Shown: piece after piece, positions 1 through 10,990 of the stretch
Layout: each line of letters starts with the position of its first letter
Numbering within the stretch: the stretch's first letter is position 1
NCBI RefSeq assembly: GCF_004010195.1
Contig: NC_057718.1
Span: 52,656,254-52,691,923 of the forward strand
Length of the DNA: 35,670 nt
Source: Chiloscyllium plagiosum
Taxonomy: Eukaryota
Direction: 5' to 3'
Notes under the pieces: model-generated
The model's input: only the letters and a program-made list of their open reading frames with translations
The model's database searches: none
What the model was told of the DNA's origin: nothing
Made by a program: the position numbers and the translations under genes

Positions 1-301
1 ATTGTTTCGGCAAAACATTTTGTTAACCACATTCTAGGAATCCACATTCATTGGGTTGAATTTTCCCACCTTGCCTTTTTTATACTTTGAGACCCTTTTC
101 ATGTTACAATTTTGATTGCTGCGAGACAGGCATTCTGATTGCTCTTTGCCAGCATAAATCAATTAAAAGTCTAATGTTCATGAACAATTGGAAGAGGTCA
201 GGCCATTTGAAATGACAATTTTGTCACAGGAAGGTTTCAGTTCTTCAAAGAAGTTCTCCAGGATTGAGATTTTTTTTTAACTCTACAGTACCCATAGAAA
301 T

Positions 302-430
302 TCCTGATGAAGGGTGTTTATGCCCGAAATGTCGACTGTCCTGCTCCTCAGAGGCTGCCTGACCTGCCGTGCTTTTCCAGCGCCATACTTTTCGACTCTG
401 ACTCTCCAGCTTCTGCAGTCCTACTTTCTG
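302..430 (+). mobile_element. Short Penelope-like (PLE) pLTR-derived element with minimal hammerhead core
   Basis: CTGATGA(304-310)-A-GGGTGT/ATGCCC hairpin-GAAA(326-329)-TGTC. Body matches the copy at 23454-23585. Flanked by direct repeat CATAGAAAT (293-301 and 431-439). Confidence 0.75.
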
Positions 431-564
431 CATAGAAATGTTGAAAGACTGATCAAATGGCAACCTTCTGGTACAAACTTTTTGACTTGGTGAACTTATG
501 AATGCTGATTGTAAGTGACATTGTCAGGACAGCAGCTCACAATCCCAACTTACTCACAGGGCAT

Positions 565-1441
565 GTTGACTATTTTGTTCTGGTAAGACAAGCTTTTCTT
601 TAAGGGTACACAAGTCCGAGTTAGCTGAGAATGCAACTCAGTGACTGTTTAGAAATGTCTCGTTTGGATTACACTCAGCTACGAGAGATATACCATGGAT
701 TGTTGCAGCTGGAAGGGTATTAAGGAATTTCAGAACAATATTTCAAAGGAAAAGATACAATACAAAAATCTGAGCCATCTCCTGTGTATTACATTCTCAA
801 ACTATGGACATAATATGCGCTAACAGAAAGCATTTGTTTCCCTGCATACATAAGAGAAGACATTAATAACTCATGGCACCTAGTGTGGTGTTCTAGTATG
901 ACTGGGCTAAAGTATACTGTGGAACATTACAGTACAGCTGAAGAACATCTGAGTGACAGCCCTGTACTCGCAGGTCAAAAGGAAAGAGGTGGAAAGGTTC
1001 TCTCTGATTGCTGGAAGCAAGTCTCCAGTCAAGTGCAGTCAAACAGGAAACCAGACATATCCTTTCAGCTAATTTACAGAAACCAGAGTCTTAAAACCAA
1101 CTGCTCAACTTCCAAAATCAAAATTACCGAAATTACTCAACATTTGCAACATTTCTGCCACCTAATTCAACACACACAAAACAAGGACTGATTTGAACTT
1201 GATCTTTTGAACTGTGATTCTTTCTCTCATTGCTAATCTGTGTGTATGAGTGTTGCATTTCATTTTCCATGACCTCGTAACTAATGAATTTGATGTTTCT
1301 TCAACTCAAGAAATGCAGTTAAATCAGCTCTGCTGGAAACATTGGGCTTAATAACACATTTTTTGGTGATATCTGTTGTGTTATTTTTTTAAAGGGATTT
1401 TTACTGTGAGATTGAGCGCAGTCTCATGAGGTATTATAACA
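565..1441. mobile_element. Possible degenerate LTR-like element
   Basis: Ends in ...TTATAACA like the solo LTRs elsewhere in the window and has LTR-like composition. No TSD found and boundaries are uncertain. Confidence 0.25.
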
Positions 1442-1659
1442 AATTCAACTCATGAACTACCTATCCCACCCCTACAATGGTCCTCTCATCTGATTCTAGC
1501 CTCATCTTATCACACACTATTCCCAGAAGAACTCACCACTGAGCAGACATCCATTGAAACATCAGCACCACGGCACCTGTGCACCCAGACATGTGCTGGC
1601 ATTTTGAAGCTGCCCAAATCTGTGCAGTACAGTCAGAAGGGAGAAGGGAGAGATGATTC

Positions 1660-2200
1660 TGTGACACTCTGACAGGCACCTGATGGTCCTGGTGGAGGGG
1701 CTGATGCAGAAGAAGGGTGACAAAGGAAGCCACAGCAGAACATGGCCCTGGGTCAGCATCTGGTTCATCCATGCCATAAGAAGGTCAACCATCCACTCCA
1801 CTCTGCCAAAGTAGGTACTGCACTCTTCTCTCTGCTACTTCACACTCACTCCATCTTTGCCAATACACACATCTCCTATCGAGGCTCATGGTCTTCTACT
1901 CATAATTGTATGTAACATTTTCCCTCACTTGTTCTGATTTCCCTCAACTCTCCCTCTTTCCTGTATCACTGTGCAGCCTGCTCACTAGCCCAGGATACCT
2001 TTGCCACCTTTTGACCATCTGTACCAGCACTAACAGTCATGATGCCCACTTTCATCTCACTCAATCCCTCTGTTTCACTTGTTTCAGGAGAAGACAGCCC
2101 AGAGTAGGGTAGGAAGGTGATTATGTGTCTGAGATCAAGCTCCTCAACTCTGATGAGAGAATCCTATCCCTAACAAAAGACCAGGACCACTTCTGTGAGG
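1660..2200 (+). pseudogene. Decayed Myb/SANT-like gene of a PIF/Harbinger-type transposon (two exon remnants)
   Basis: Translated remnants SDRHLMVLVEGLMQKK...HPCHKKVN, donor GTAGGT at 1811, acceptor TTTCAG ending 2087, then EKTAQ...EIKLLNSDERILSL. Resembles Harbinger Myb/SANT proteins (FSDxxLxxLV...QCRKKVNDL...EKxAHN). Confidence 0.45.
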
Positions 2201-2408
2201 ATATTGGGCCATCTATGTCCTGCCAATCGAGTAAGGACCACTCCATCGCTCGCATTAACCCCACTGTCAGTGTCCTTCACTACATGCCACATCTTTACCC
2301 TGGGTGTGCTGCCTTCTCATTCTTGCAGGTATCACCAGATATCCATGTCCCTGGGGAGAAAGAGACTAGTCTGCCAGAAGTCACCTCAGAGACAGTACTA
2401 ACACCTTG

Positions 2409-3200
2409 AGTCATAGATTCATAGAGATCTACAGCACAGAAGAAAGGCCCTCAGGCCATTAGAATCTGCACCGTTATAAACAAGGAACTAACTATTCTAT
2501 TCCCACTTTTTAGCAATTAATTCATGGCCTTGTATGCCTTGTTTTTCCAAGTGCACACTGAAATCCTTCGTGAATGTTATGACAGTTTCTGCCTTCAGCA
2601 CCTTTACAGGCAGTGAGTTTTGAATTCCCACAATCCTCTGGGTGAAAAATACGTTTTCTTTATATTCCCTAACACTCCTGCACCTAACCTTACGTCCCTT
2701 GGTCCCTCCACCAAGCGACAATATCTCTTCCTGTCCATGTTCCTCATAATGTTATACATCTCAATCATGTCGCCCATCAGTCTCCGCTGCTCCACGGAAA
2801 ATAACCCCAGTGTATCCAAACTCTCTTTATAACTAAAACTCTCCAGCCCTGGAAACGTCCTGGTAACTCTCCCCTGCACCATCTCCAGTGCCATGATATG
2901 GATTCTAGAACGTCACATCTACACTCTAATGTTTTAAAACAGTTCAGTTCCAGCATAACTTCACTGTTCTTAAACCTCAGCGAATAACAATAAGTATAAC
3001 ATAAACTTTCTTAATATCATTATCTACCCATACCACCACCTTAAGGAATGAGTAGACATGCACACCAAAGTACCTCTGCTCCTTGATGACTCCAGGATCT
3101 TGCCATTCATCATGCTTTCCCTTACCTTGTTTGTCCTACCAAGTGCATCACCTCACATGTATCTAAATTGGATTCCATTTGCCACTGATCAACCCATGGA
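2409..3200 (-). mobile_element. CR1 LINE 3' fragment
   Basis: Minus-strand ORF2 C-terminus (ALEMVQGRVTRTFPGLESFSYKESLDTLGLFSVEQRRLMGDMIEMYNIMR; FFTQRIVGIQNSLP) and CR1 3' tail at 2409-2460. Confidence 0.92.
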
Positions 3201-4100
3201 GGCTGTTTGCAGTGAGCTGAACTCTCCAGCCATTTTCTGGCCAAGACCTTTCAGCATCTAGCTTTTTCAACACATTAGGTAAGATAGGAAGCTGAATATT
3301 AATGAGGCATTCTGAATGTTTATTAAGGTCACCAACAAATAATAATCCCTGTTTAAAGGCAACTTTGCGTTGCCTAATGCATAAAAGATGTAGCAAGTTG
3401 CTCCACACCGAGGTCACCCTCTCCAGACTTCTCATGTGATCATGTGATCTAGGCCAGGTTGTTGAGATCCCCTTGAGATCCTGCCCCTTAGCACTTAGGA
3501 ATTGGGAAAGATACCATTGTGGAAAAGGTCCTTTGTTTTTTAAAGTTAAGTTTGTTGCAATCAATGTGTTATAATAAAGAAGAGCCAATTCCCCTCTCCT
3601 TAGCCAGGATGATAATGATCTCAGGACCCTTGCCCAGGGCTAGTAAAAATACCTGAGGGTACAGATTGGCTTCACTGAAGTGAATTCTCTGAAAGGCAGG
3701 AAGCAGAAAATCTTTCTTTTTAAATTAAGTGATTTTTGTCAAGATGAGCACTGTGTGCCTCTCTTATCTGGAGATGGTGGAACAGGAGGATACACAACCT
3801 CAGGAGAGCATTACAGGTGAGTGATGTGACACCGTTAAGTGCCAGGCTTCACAATATGACTTGTCCAGCATTCTCCTGCACAGTGTACCTCGAGTCACCT
3901 TGTACATTCACTCATTTCACTTTGTGCAGACACTCCACATACCCATATGAGCAACCAATATACATAATGACCTCCAACATATTAACCTCTCGGGCACATG
4001 CCTCACAGTGCAAATTCTGCCCTTTGCTCCTTTGAACACAAGCAATTTGTGGCACTGTCACCTCCCTGCTTTCTCTCTTTTCCAAACAATACCACAATAG

Positions 4101-4414
4101 ATTAGATTAGATTACATTACAGTGTGGAAACAGGCCCTTCGGCCCAACAAGTCCACACCGACCCGCCGAAGCGCAACCCACCCATACCCCTACATTTACC
4201 CCTTACCTAACACTACGGGCAATTTAGCATGGCCAATTCACCTGACCTGCACATCTTTGGATTGTGGGAGGAAACCGGAGCACCCGGATGAAACCCACGC
4301 AGACACGGGGAGAACGTGCAAACTCCACACAGTCAGTCGCCTGAGGCGGGAATTGATCCCGGGTCTCTGGCGCTGCGAGGCAGCAGTGCTAACCACTGTG
4401 CCACCGTGCCGCCC
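4101..4414 (-). mobile_element. HE1-type tRNA-derived SINE, full length
   Basis: Minus strand starts GGGCGGCACGGTGGCACAGTGGTTAGCACTGCTGCCTC (A box), has a B-box-like GATCAATTCC, a conserved core and an (AATCT)n tail. TSD CCACAATAG at 4092-4100 and 4413-4421 (7-9 bp; the first 2 nt overlap the SINE start). Confidence 0.93.
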
Positions 4415-4779
4415 ACAATAGTTGGGACACGTTGGAGGTTGGGGTTTTTTGACATGTATAAGGGGTGGTTTCAGTTACCAGCCTGATCCACCGGGGTTGG
4501 CGGTGATCCAACAAAACAGCAAGATGTCGGCAGTGACCTCCATGAGTGGCTCAGCCTTATAAGGCAGTGTTGGTTTCATGTGTGAAGAACTGGTTCTCTG
4601 CATGACATGGTGAACTGAGCATCCTGCCTCCTTCCACCTGCATCTTAATGGAAGACCTTACGCCTGCACGGCTGCTGTTAAAGTACTGGACAGTGCATTT
4701 GTCCAATCTGTTCTGGTGCTGCTCTGAGGGCTGCCAGTGGGGAAGTGAAACTGAAAAATTGGTGAAGCTTGTTGAGTAA

Positions 4780-4867
4780 AAGCTGAAAATGTGTTGCTGG
4801 AACAGCGCAGCAGGTCAGGCAGCATCCAGGAAACAGGAGAATCGACGTTTCAGGCATAAGCCCTTCT
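4780..4867 (-). mobile_element. PLE-derived hammerhead-family fragment (truncated in the core)
   Basis: Minus strand AGAAGGGCTTATGCCTGAAACGTCGATTCTCCTG..., same family as 23454-23548. Confidence 0.75.
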
Positions 4868-5677
4868 AAAAGGCCTACCACACAATATTAATCACCAGAG
4901 ACACAGTTATTGCACTCTGTCAGAAGGACTGCTTCATAGCATATCTATCTATTCAATTTTCCAATTCTTCACAGCAACTGATTAAAGCCTTCACAGTTTG
5001 TCAGCTTCACTGAAACATTTTCCAGCTGTACTCTCACCTTCTCTTAACTGTTGACTTGGAGAACACAACCTGATACTGCTCCCCTGTTTGGAAAGAGGGA
5101 TTCCACTGGGAAAAATCACTGAATTGTTACTTTAATGACATCAATTGGCTTCCCACCTCAACTGCAGCATTTCTCAACTTTTCCACAAACCCACCCAACA
5201 TAGCTGGAGGCAGAAACATATTGGTAAACTGACCTAATTCATTTATTTCTCATTTTCCCAGCAGTCCAGCCTCTACACCCACCTCCAAGCACCTGGGAAA
5301 ATGCCCCCATTTTCCCTGCTCCTTTTCTTTTATCTATTTCAGAGGACTTCAAAATTGACAATCATGACTGATCTTGAACAAATTGCTTTTCTTGATTACT
5401 TCATTTGTAATGCTTACTAATTTGTTCTTGAATTATTGACTTGAAACAAACTGGTCAATCACTGCTTTCTTAAACAAGCTTGCTTTATGGGCTTTCTCCC
5501 CAATCCATTGGCAAACTTGCAGCTTCAATTAAATTTTAACATCACTGTTATAATCTACCTGTTGACATTTTTCAAAACCTAGGCTGCATTCCTGTTAGAG
5601 TTGAATGACTTGTGCATGCTAAAGTCTGCTAACTGCTTTCAGAACAAATTCTTTCCATTGCAGTTATCTTAAGCCAT

Positions 5678-6436
5678 ATCCTAGGATTATGTGGGAAGCA
5701 AGAGAGGAAATTGCAGTACCGTTGACAATGATCTTCTCGTCTTCACTGGCAACGGGGGTGGTACCAGGGGACTGGAGAGTAGCGAATGTTGTGCCCCTGT
5801 TCAAAAAAGGGAATAGGGATAACCCCGGGAATTACAGGCCACACACTCTCACGTCTGTCGTCTGTAAGGAGTAAGAAAGGATTCTGAGGGACAGGATTTA
5901 TGACCATCTGGAAGAGCATGGCTTGATTTAATGCAATCAACACGGCTTTGTGAGGGGCAGGTCATGCCTCACAAACCTTACTGAGTTCTTTGAGGATGTT
6001 ACTAGGCAAGTTGATGAGGGTCGAGCTGTGGATGTGGTGTATATGGACTTCAGTAAGGCATTTGATAAGGTTCCCCATGGTAAGCTTATGCGGAAAGTCA
6101 GGAGGCATGGGATAGAGGGAAATTTGGCCAATTGGATAGAAAACTGGCTAACCGGTCGAAGGCAGAGAGTGGTGGTAGATGGTAAATATTCAGCCTGGAG
6201 CCCAGTTACAAGTGGAGTACCGCAGGGATCAGTTCTGGGTCCTCTGCTGTTTGTAATTTTTATTAATGACTTAGATGAGGGAGTCGAAGGGTGGGTCAGT
6301 AAATTTGCAGATGATACGAAGATAGGTGGAGTTGTGGACAGTGAGGTACATGGATGGGTGCTTCAGCTAGGACAAATGTTTGGCACAACATCGTGGGCCA
6401 AAGGGCCTGTTCTGTATTGTTCTATGTTCTATGTTC
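5678..6436 (+). mobile_element. Young CR1 LINE fragment with RT domain and internal deletion
   Basis: [44 protein letters not shown] motifs. In-frame stop at 5872-5874. Jumps at ~6345 to the 3' end with a (TTCTATG)n tail. Confidence 0.95.
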
Positions 6437-6437
6437 T

Positions 6438-6484
6438 ATACACACACATACACACACACACACACATACACATACACACACATA
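6438..6484. repeat. (CA)n/(CATA)n microsatellite
   Basis: Direct reading of tacacacacatacacacac... Confidence 0.9.
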
Positions 6485-6506
6485 TAAACGATGATACGAA
6501 GATTCC

Positions 6507-6921
6507 ATGGAGAGGAAGTCGTACGAGGATAGGTTGAGAGTTCTCGGCCTTTTCTCGTTGGAACGGCGAAGGATGAGGGGTGACTTGATAGAGGTTTATA
6601 AGATGATCAGAGGAATAGATAGAGTAGACAGTCAGAAACTTTTTCCCCGGGTACAACAGAGTGTTACAAGGGGACATAAATTTAAGGTGAAGGGTGGAAG
6701 GTATAGGGGAGATGTCAGGGGTGGGTTCTTTACCCAGAGAGTGGTGGGGGCATGGAATGCGCTGCCCGTGGGAGTGGTAGAGTCGGAATCATTGGCGACC
6801 TTTAAGCGGCATTTGGATAGGTACATGGATGGGTACTTAATCTAGGTTAGAAGTTCGGCACAACATCGTGGGCCGAAGGGCCTGTTCTGTGCTGTATTGT
6901 TCTATGTTCTATGTTCTATGT
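6507..6921 (+). mobile_element. Young 5'-truncated CR1 3' end
   Basis: Intact ORF2 C-terminus ([32 protein letters not shown]...FFTQRVVGAWNALP...FKRHLDRYM) and (TTCTATG)n tail. Confidence 0.95.
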
Positions 6922-7425
6922 TGTGTTCTCCTCCACTGCACCCATATTAACACACCGATATTACTGCACCTATGTTATTGCACTATATTAATGCACCTAT
7001 ATTAACATTTTAACAACAGATGCAAAATAGTAATAACTCTAATGGACCTTCAGCCTCCAGAACTGGATTCCATCTTTTACCTATGTGTAGTCTTATTCTC
7101 TCATTATTCTTTTATCAAAAATCTTATATTTTTCCCATCTGTTTGCCTTTTATTCATATTTCCTTTAGCCATTCTGATCCCCCTTGCATATTCCCTTTAC
7201 TTTCTACTTTCCACATGATTATCTTCAATATTGTTCACTGTAATTTTGTCATTTACCTTCATTTTAAGTTTGTGCTTGTGTTAAACTCTAATTAACCAAT
7301 AAACTATTTTCTTCAGTTCATCCCCTTTTCACCTTACCAGTACTTATTTATTCTGCGCTCCTTGTTACTACTTCAGTAACCTCTCTTCTTGCTTTTCTGT
7401 TTACAAGGCAGATTCTTACTTATCT

Positions 7426-7686
7426 GGAGGTGGCACGGTGGCTCAGTGGTTAGCACTGCTGCCTCACAGCACACAGGTTCAACCCTAGCCTTGGTGACTG
7501 TCTGTGTGGAGTTTGCACATTCTCCCTGTGTCTGTGTGGGTTTCCTCCCACAGTCCAAAGATGTGCAGGTCAGGTGAATTGGACATGTTAAATTGCCCGT
7601 AGTGTTAGTGCATTATTCAGAGGGTTGGTGTGGACTTGTTGGGCCAAAGGGCCTGTTTCTACACTGTAGGGAATCTAATCTAATCA
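7426..7686 (+). mobile_element. HE1-type SINE (internally deleted)
   Basis: GGTGGCACGGTGGCTCAGTGGTTAGCACTGCTGCCTCACAGC head, conserved core and GGGAATCTAATCTAATC tail. Confidence 0.9.
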
Positions 7687-8334
7687 TACTTCTGGTTATT
7701 TTCATTGTATGCCTTATTTCTTTTTATTTTTAATCTACATTGTGGTTACTACTTCACATATCAATTGTTACATTCTCATTTTGTGCGCTATAAAAAGGCT
7801 CCCATTTCCATCCCATGCAGAATCTTCATCCCAGCTCATTTTGTTGAAATCACCCAGTATTATTGCATTGTTGTTTTTAACTTATGTGTCTTCAGATTTC
7901 TTTTACTTTTTATGGGCCACAAAACATGCATTGCATCTTGAGAACTATTTTGTCTCATAATTCTTCAGAGCTACATGCATAGTTAGGAAAATCTATCAGA
8001 GTGACAACATAGTTTGATGTAAGTACATTGCAAAGAGCTTTGTCAGCGTGGAGTGCTTTCAACCAAGCAGGATCAGGAAATATATAGATAGTCAATGTAA
8101 TTAATTGGATGGAATAGGATAAGAAATGCTGAAAAGGCTGAGTTCCATTACCTACCATTTCCGTGTCATGTAGGAATGACAGGATGCTTCATGTGTCCCA
8201 AATAACTACATGTGCAGATGAGGTCTCCCAGTACCTGACATGAACTCAAGGTTTATGGACTTACAAACAGACTGAACTGACGGCAGGGCAAACAGAGAGT
8301 GGAGAATTTCTTGGTATGTATGTTCCAGAAGGTT

Positions 8335-8545
8335 GAGTCGAAAAGTGTGACACTTGAAAAGCGCAGCAGCTCAGGTAGCATCTGAGGAGCAGGAGAATTG
8401 ATGTTTCGGGCATATGCCCTTCATCAGGGGCTTATGCCTAAAACGTCAACTCTCCTGCTCCTCGGATGCTGCCTGACCTGCTGTGCTTTTCCAGCACCAC
8501 ATTTTTCGACTTTGACTCTACAGCATCTCCACATTCCTGACTGCT
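8335..8545. mobile_element. Fold-back PLE-derived element (two inverted copies), minus arm with hammerhead core
   Basis: Left arm 8335-8428 is an inverted copy of right arm 8428-8515. Minus strand reads CTGATGA-A-GGGC-ATAT-GCCC-GAAA-CATC (8427-8400). Confidence 0.75.
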
Positions 8546-8637
8546 TCAGAGGATTCAGAAAAATAGGAGGTGGGTGATTATCCATCCGTGTATGAAAAGA
8601 CATACATAACAGGTTTGTCGCAGTGTGCGGCACTCTC

Positions 8638-8965
8638 AAACATAGAAAATAGGAGGAGTAGGCATTTCAAGACTGTTCTACCATTCAATATAATCCTGAC
8701 TGATCATGCAGCTCAGTACCCTGTTCCCGCTTTCTTCATTTGCCCCTTTTCCCTTTAGCCCGATGAACTATATCTATCACCTTCTTGAAAACATTCAATC
8801 AGCATTCATCTCAGTCCTAAATAGTCCATCCCACATCCTTAGACTGTGACTCCTGCTTCTGAACTCCCCTGCCACCAGGAACATCCTCTCTGTGTTTATA
8901 CTGTCTGGTCCTCTAGAATTGTATGGGTGTTTATAGACCCCTTCTTATTCTTTTAAACTCCAGTT
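8638..8965 (-). mobile_element. CR1 LINE 3' fragment
   Basis: Reverse complement of the CR1 tail type seen at 10030-10110 (GATCAG...ATATTGAATG...) plus degenerate ORF2 end. Confidence 0.8.
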
Positions 8966-8969
8966 GATA

Positions 8970-10112
8970 TGGATATAGAACTGGTTGGCAGGTAGTACGC
9001 AAAGAATGGGAATAATTATGGGTAATTTTCTCAGTGGTTGCCAGTGACTAGTGGGGCACACACAGATCAATGCTCAGACTCCAGCTATTCATAAAATATA
9101 TTAATGAGTCAGATGAGGGAACTGAATGTAATATTTTTAAGCTTGCAGATGACACAAAGCTAAGTAGGCCTGTGAGCTGTGAGGAAAATGCAAAGATGCT
9201 TCACTGCGATTTGGACAGTTGAATCAATGTGCAAATGCATGACAGATGATGTATAAAGTGGATAAATATGAGTGAGGTTGTCCACTTTAGTAGCAAAACA
9301 GGAAGGGGGTTGTTATCTGAATAGTGATAGATTGGGAAAGGAGTAGATGCAACATGACCTGGGTGCCCATGCATGCCAGTCACTGAAAGTAAACATGCAA
9401 GAGCAGCAGGGGGTGAAGAAGGCAAATAGTATGTTGAAGAGTGTGGTGCTGGAAAAGCACAGCCAGTCAGGCAGCATCCAAGAAGCAGGAGAGTCGACAT
9501 TTCAGGCATAAGCCCTCATGGTATGTTGGCCTTGCTGCAATTGTACAAGCCCTTGTTCAGACCACAAATGGAGTATTGAGTGCAGTTTTTGTCTCTTTAC
9601 CTGAGGAAGGATGTTTTAGCTATGGAGGGAACGTAATGAACGTATGGAGAAACCAGACTGATTTCTGAAACAGGAGAGACTGAATTATTTAGGACTGTAT
9701 TCACTAGAGTTTAGAAGAATAAGAAGGGATCTCATAGAAAACTCTAAACTTCTAACAGGACGCAGTAGTTTACATGCAAGAAGGATGTTCGTGATGGCTG
9801 GGGATTCCAGAATCAGGGAGGACAGTCCAAAGGACATGGAATAAGCCATTTAGGACTGAGATTAAGAGAAAATTATTCAGCCAGAGAATGGTAAACCTGC
9901 AGAATTCTCTACCATAGAAAGTAGTTGACGCCAAAACATTGAATGTTTTCAGAGAAGGAGATAGATATAGTGCTTAGGGCTAAAGGAATCAAATGGTATG
10001 GGGTGAAAACGATAAAAGGGTACAGAATAAGACGATCAGCCCTGACCATATTGAATGAGGGAGCAGGCACGGAGGGCCCAACAGCTGACTCTTGTTCTTA
10101 TTTTCTTGTTTC
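8970..10112 (+). mobile_element. Old CR1 LINE 3' fragment
   Basis: WIENWL, VTSG, KLADDTKL remnants and CR1 3' tail. Interrupted by a PLE fragment at 9437-9520. Confidence 0.88.
9437..9520 (-). mobile_element. PLE-derived hammerhead-family fragment inserted in CR1
   Basis: Same family as other copies. 8-bp TSD GTATGTTG at 9429-9436 and 9521-9528. Confidence 0.8.
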
Positions 10113-10874
10113 AAATATATTTCCAATTTCAAAGAAAATAAATAATTTACAGGTTTTTGGGAAAATGTAGGTATTTGTGGTAAATTGGATAGATGTACCA
10201 AAGGGCCAGCACAGGCTTAATGAGACAAATGGGCTTAGTCTGTGCTGCTTGATTGTATGATTCTACAATTCTCAATTATATTCACATGGATTCGGTCTAA
10301 ACACCTGAGGGGAGCCTAAAAATGCTAGGTCTGTAATCAAATTCTATAGTATCACTGGCATCTCCAAATCCCTTGAAAACATTCGACTTAGAAATGCAGA
10401 ACGTGACACTATATCAAACCAGTGTTTTGTAACCATTTAATACCCTGGAGCAATACAGTGCTGCAAGTTGCTCCAGGCAGAATCTTATGTCCTTCAATAA
10501 TAATCATGGGGCAGCACTATTTCTAAATCTTAACAAAGCACTTGTCAGCAATGTTCAATGATACCTTCACAGAATGCCTGTGACCACAGTTTTGATCTGT
10601 TGATCCCGGGTGTGTTTGATGGGGTTTGTGAGCAGTGAGCCCTGAAATAGGCCTCATAGGCACTGCAACCAACTGATACCGGGCTGACTCCTGGCACCTG
10701 GTGTGCTTTGGGATAAACTGGGGACCCAACCTGGAGTGCCCCCAAGTGACCTGCAATTGGCCATTTAATTATTCAAATTGACTACCCACTGTTGCCATTT
10801 ATGACAAACATCTGAACTCCTGACCTCATCCCTCCACACATACATTCTCTCTCAATGTCCACCAGCCTACTTAC

Positions 10875-10990
10875 ACAGGACCAGGAAGATTTCACCTGTT
10901 GTGCCCACAAGTGCTGCCAAGGAATTGATATCATCCATATGCACTTCCTTCAAAGTGATAAACAAATTTGTAGCCGACTTAATTTCCAGT
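10875..10990 (-). other. Candidate small exon of the minus-strand gene
   Basis: Acceptor TTTAACTTTAG (weak pyrimidine tract) and donor TGT|GTAAGT, with alternative CAG|GTGAAA ending at 10897. One frame is open (LEIKSATNLFITLKEVHMDDINSLAALVGTTGEIFLVL). Non-repeat-looking sequence. Confidence 0.3.

Noticed and set aside
4360..4414. tRNA genes at SINE heads (also 7426, 26255, 16601)
   Set aside because: They are tRNA-derived SINE promoters followed by SINE bodies, with no complete cloverleaf.
4440..4760. Possible second Harbinger Myb or transposase remnant
   Set aside because: Only vague similarity; no motif I can support.
5950..6537. 195-aa reverse transcriptase ORF as a functional gene or novel RT system
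   Set aside because: Standard CR1 ORF2 fragment with an upstream in-frame stop and an internal deletion; the C-terminus is read through tail and microsatellite.
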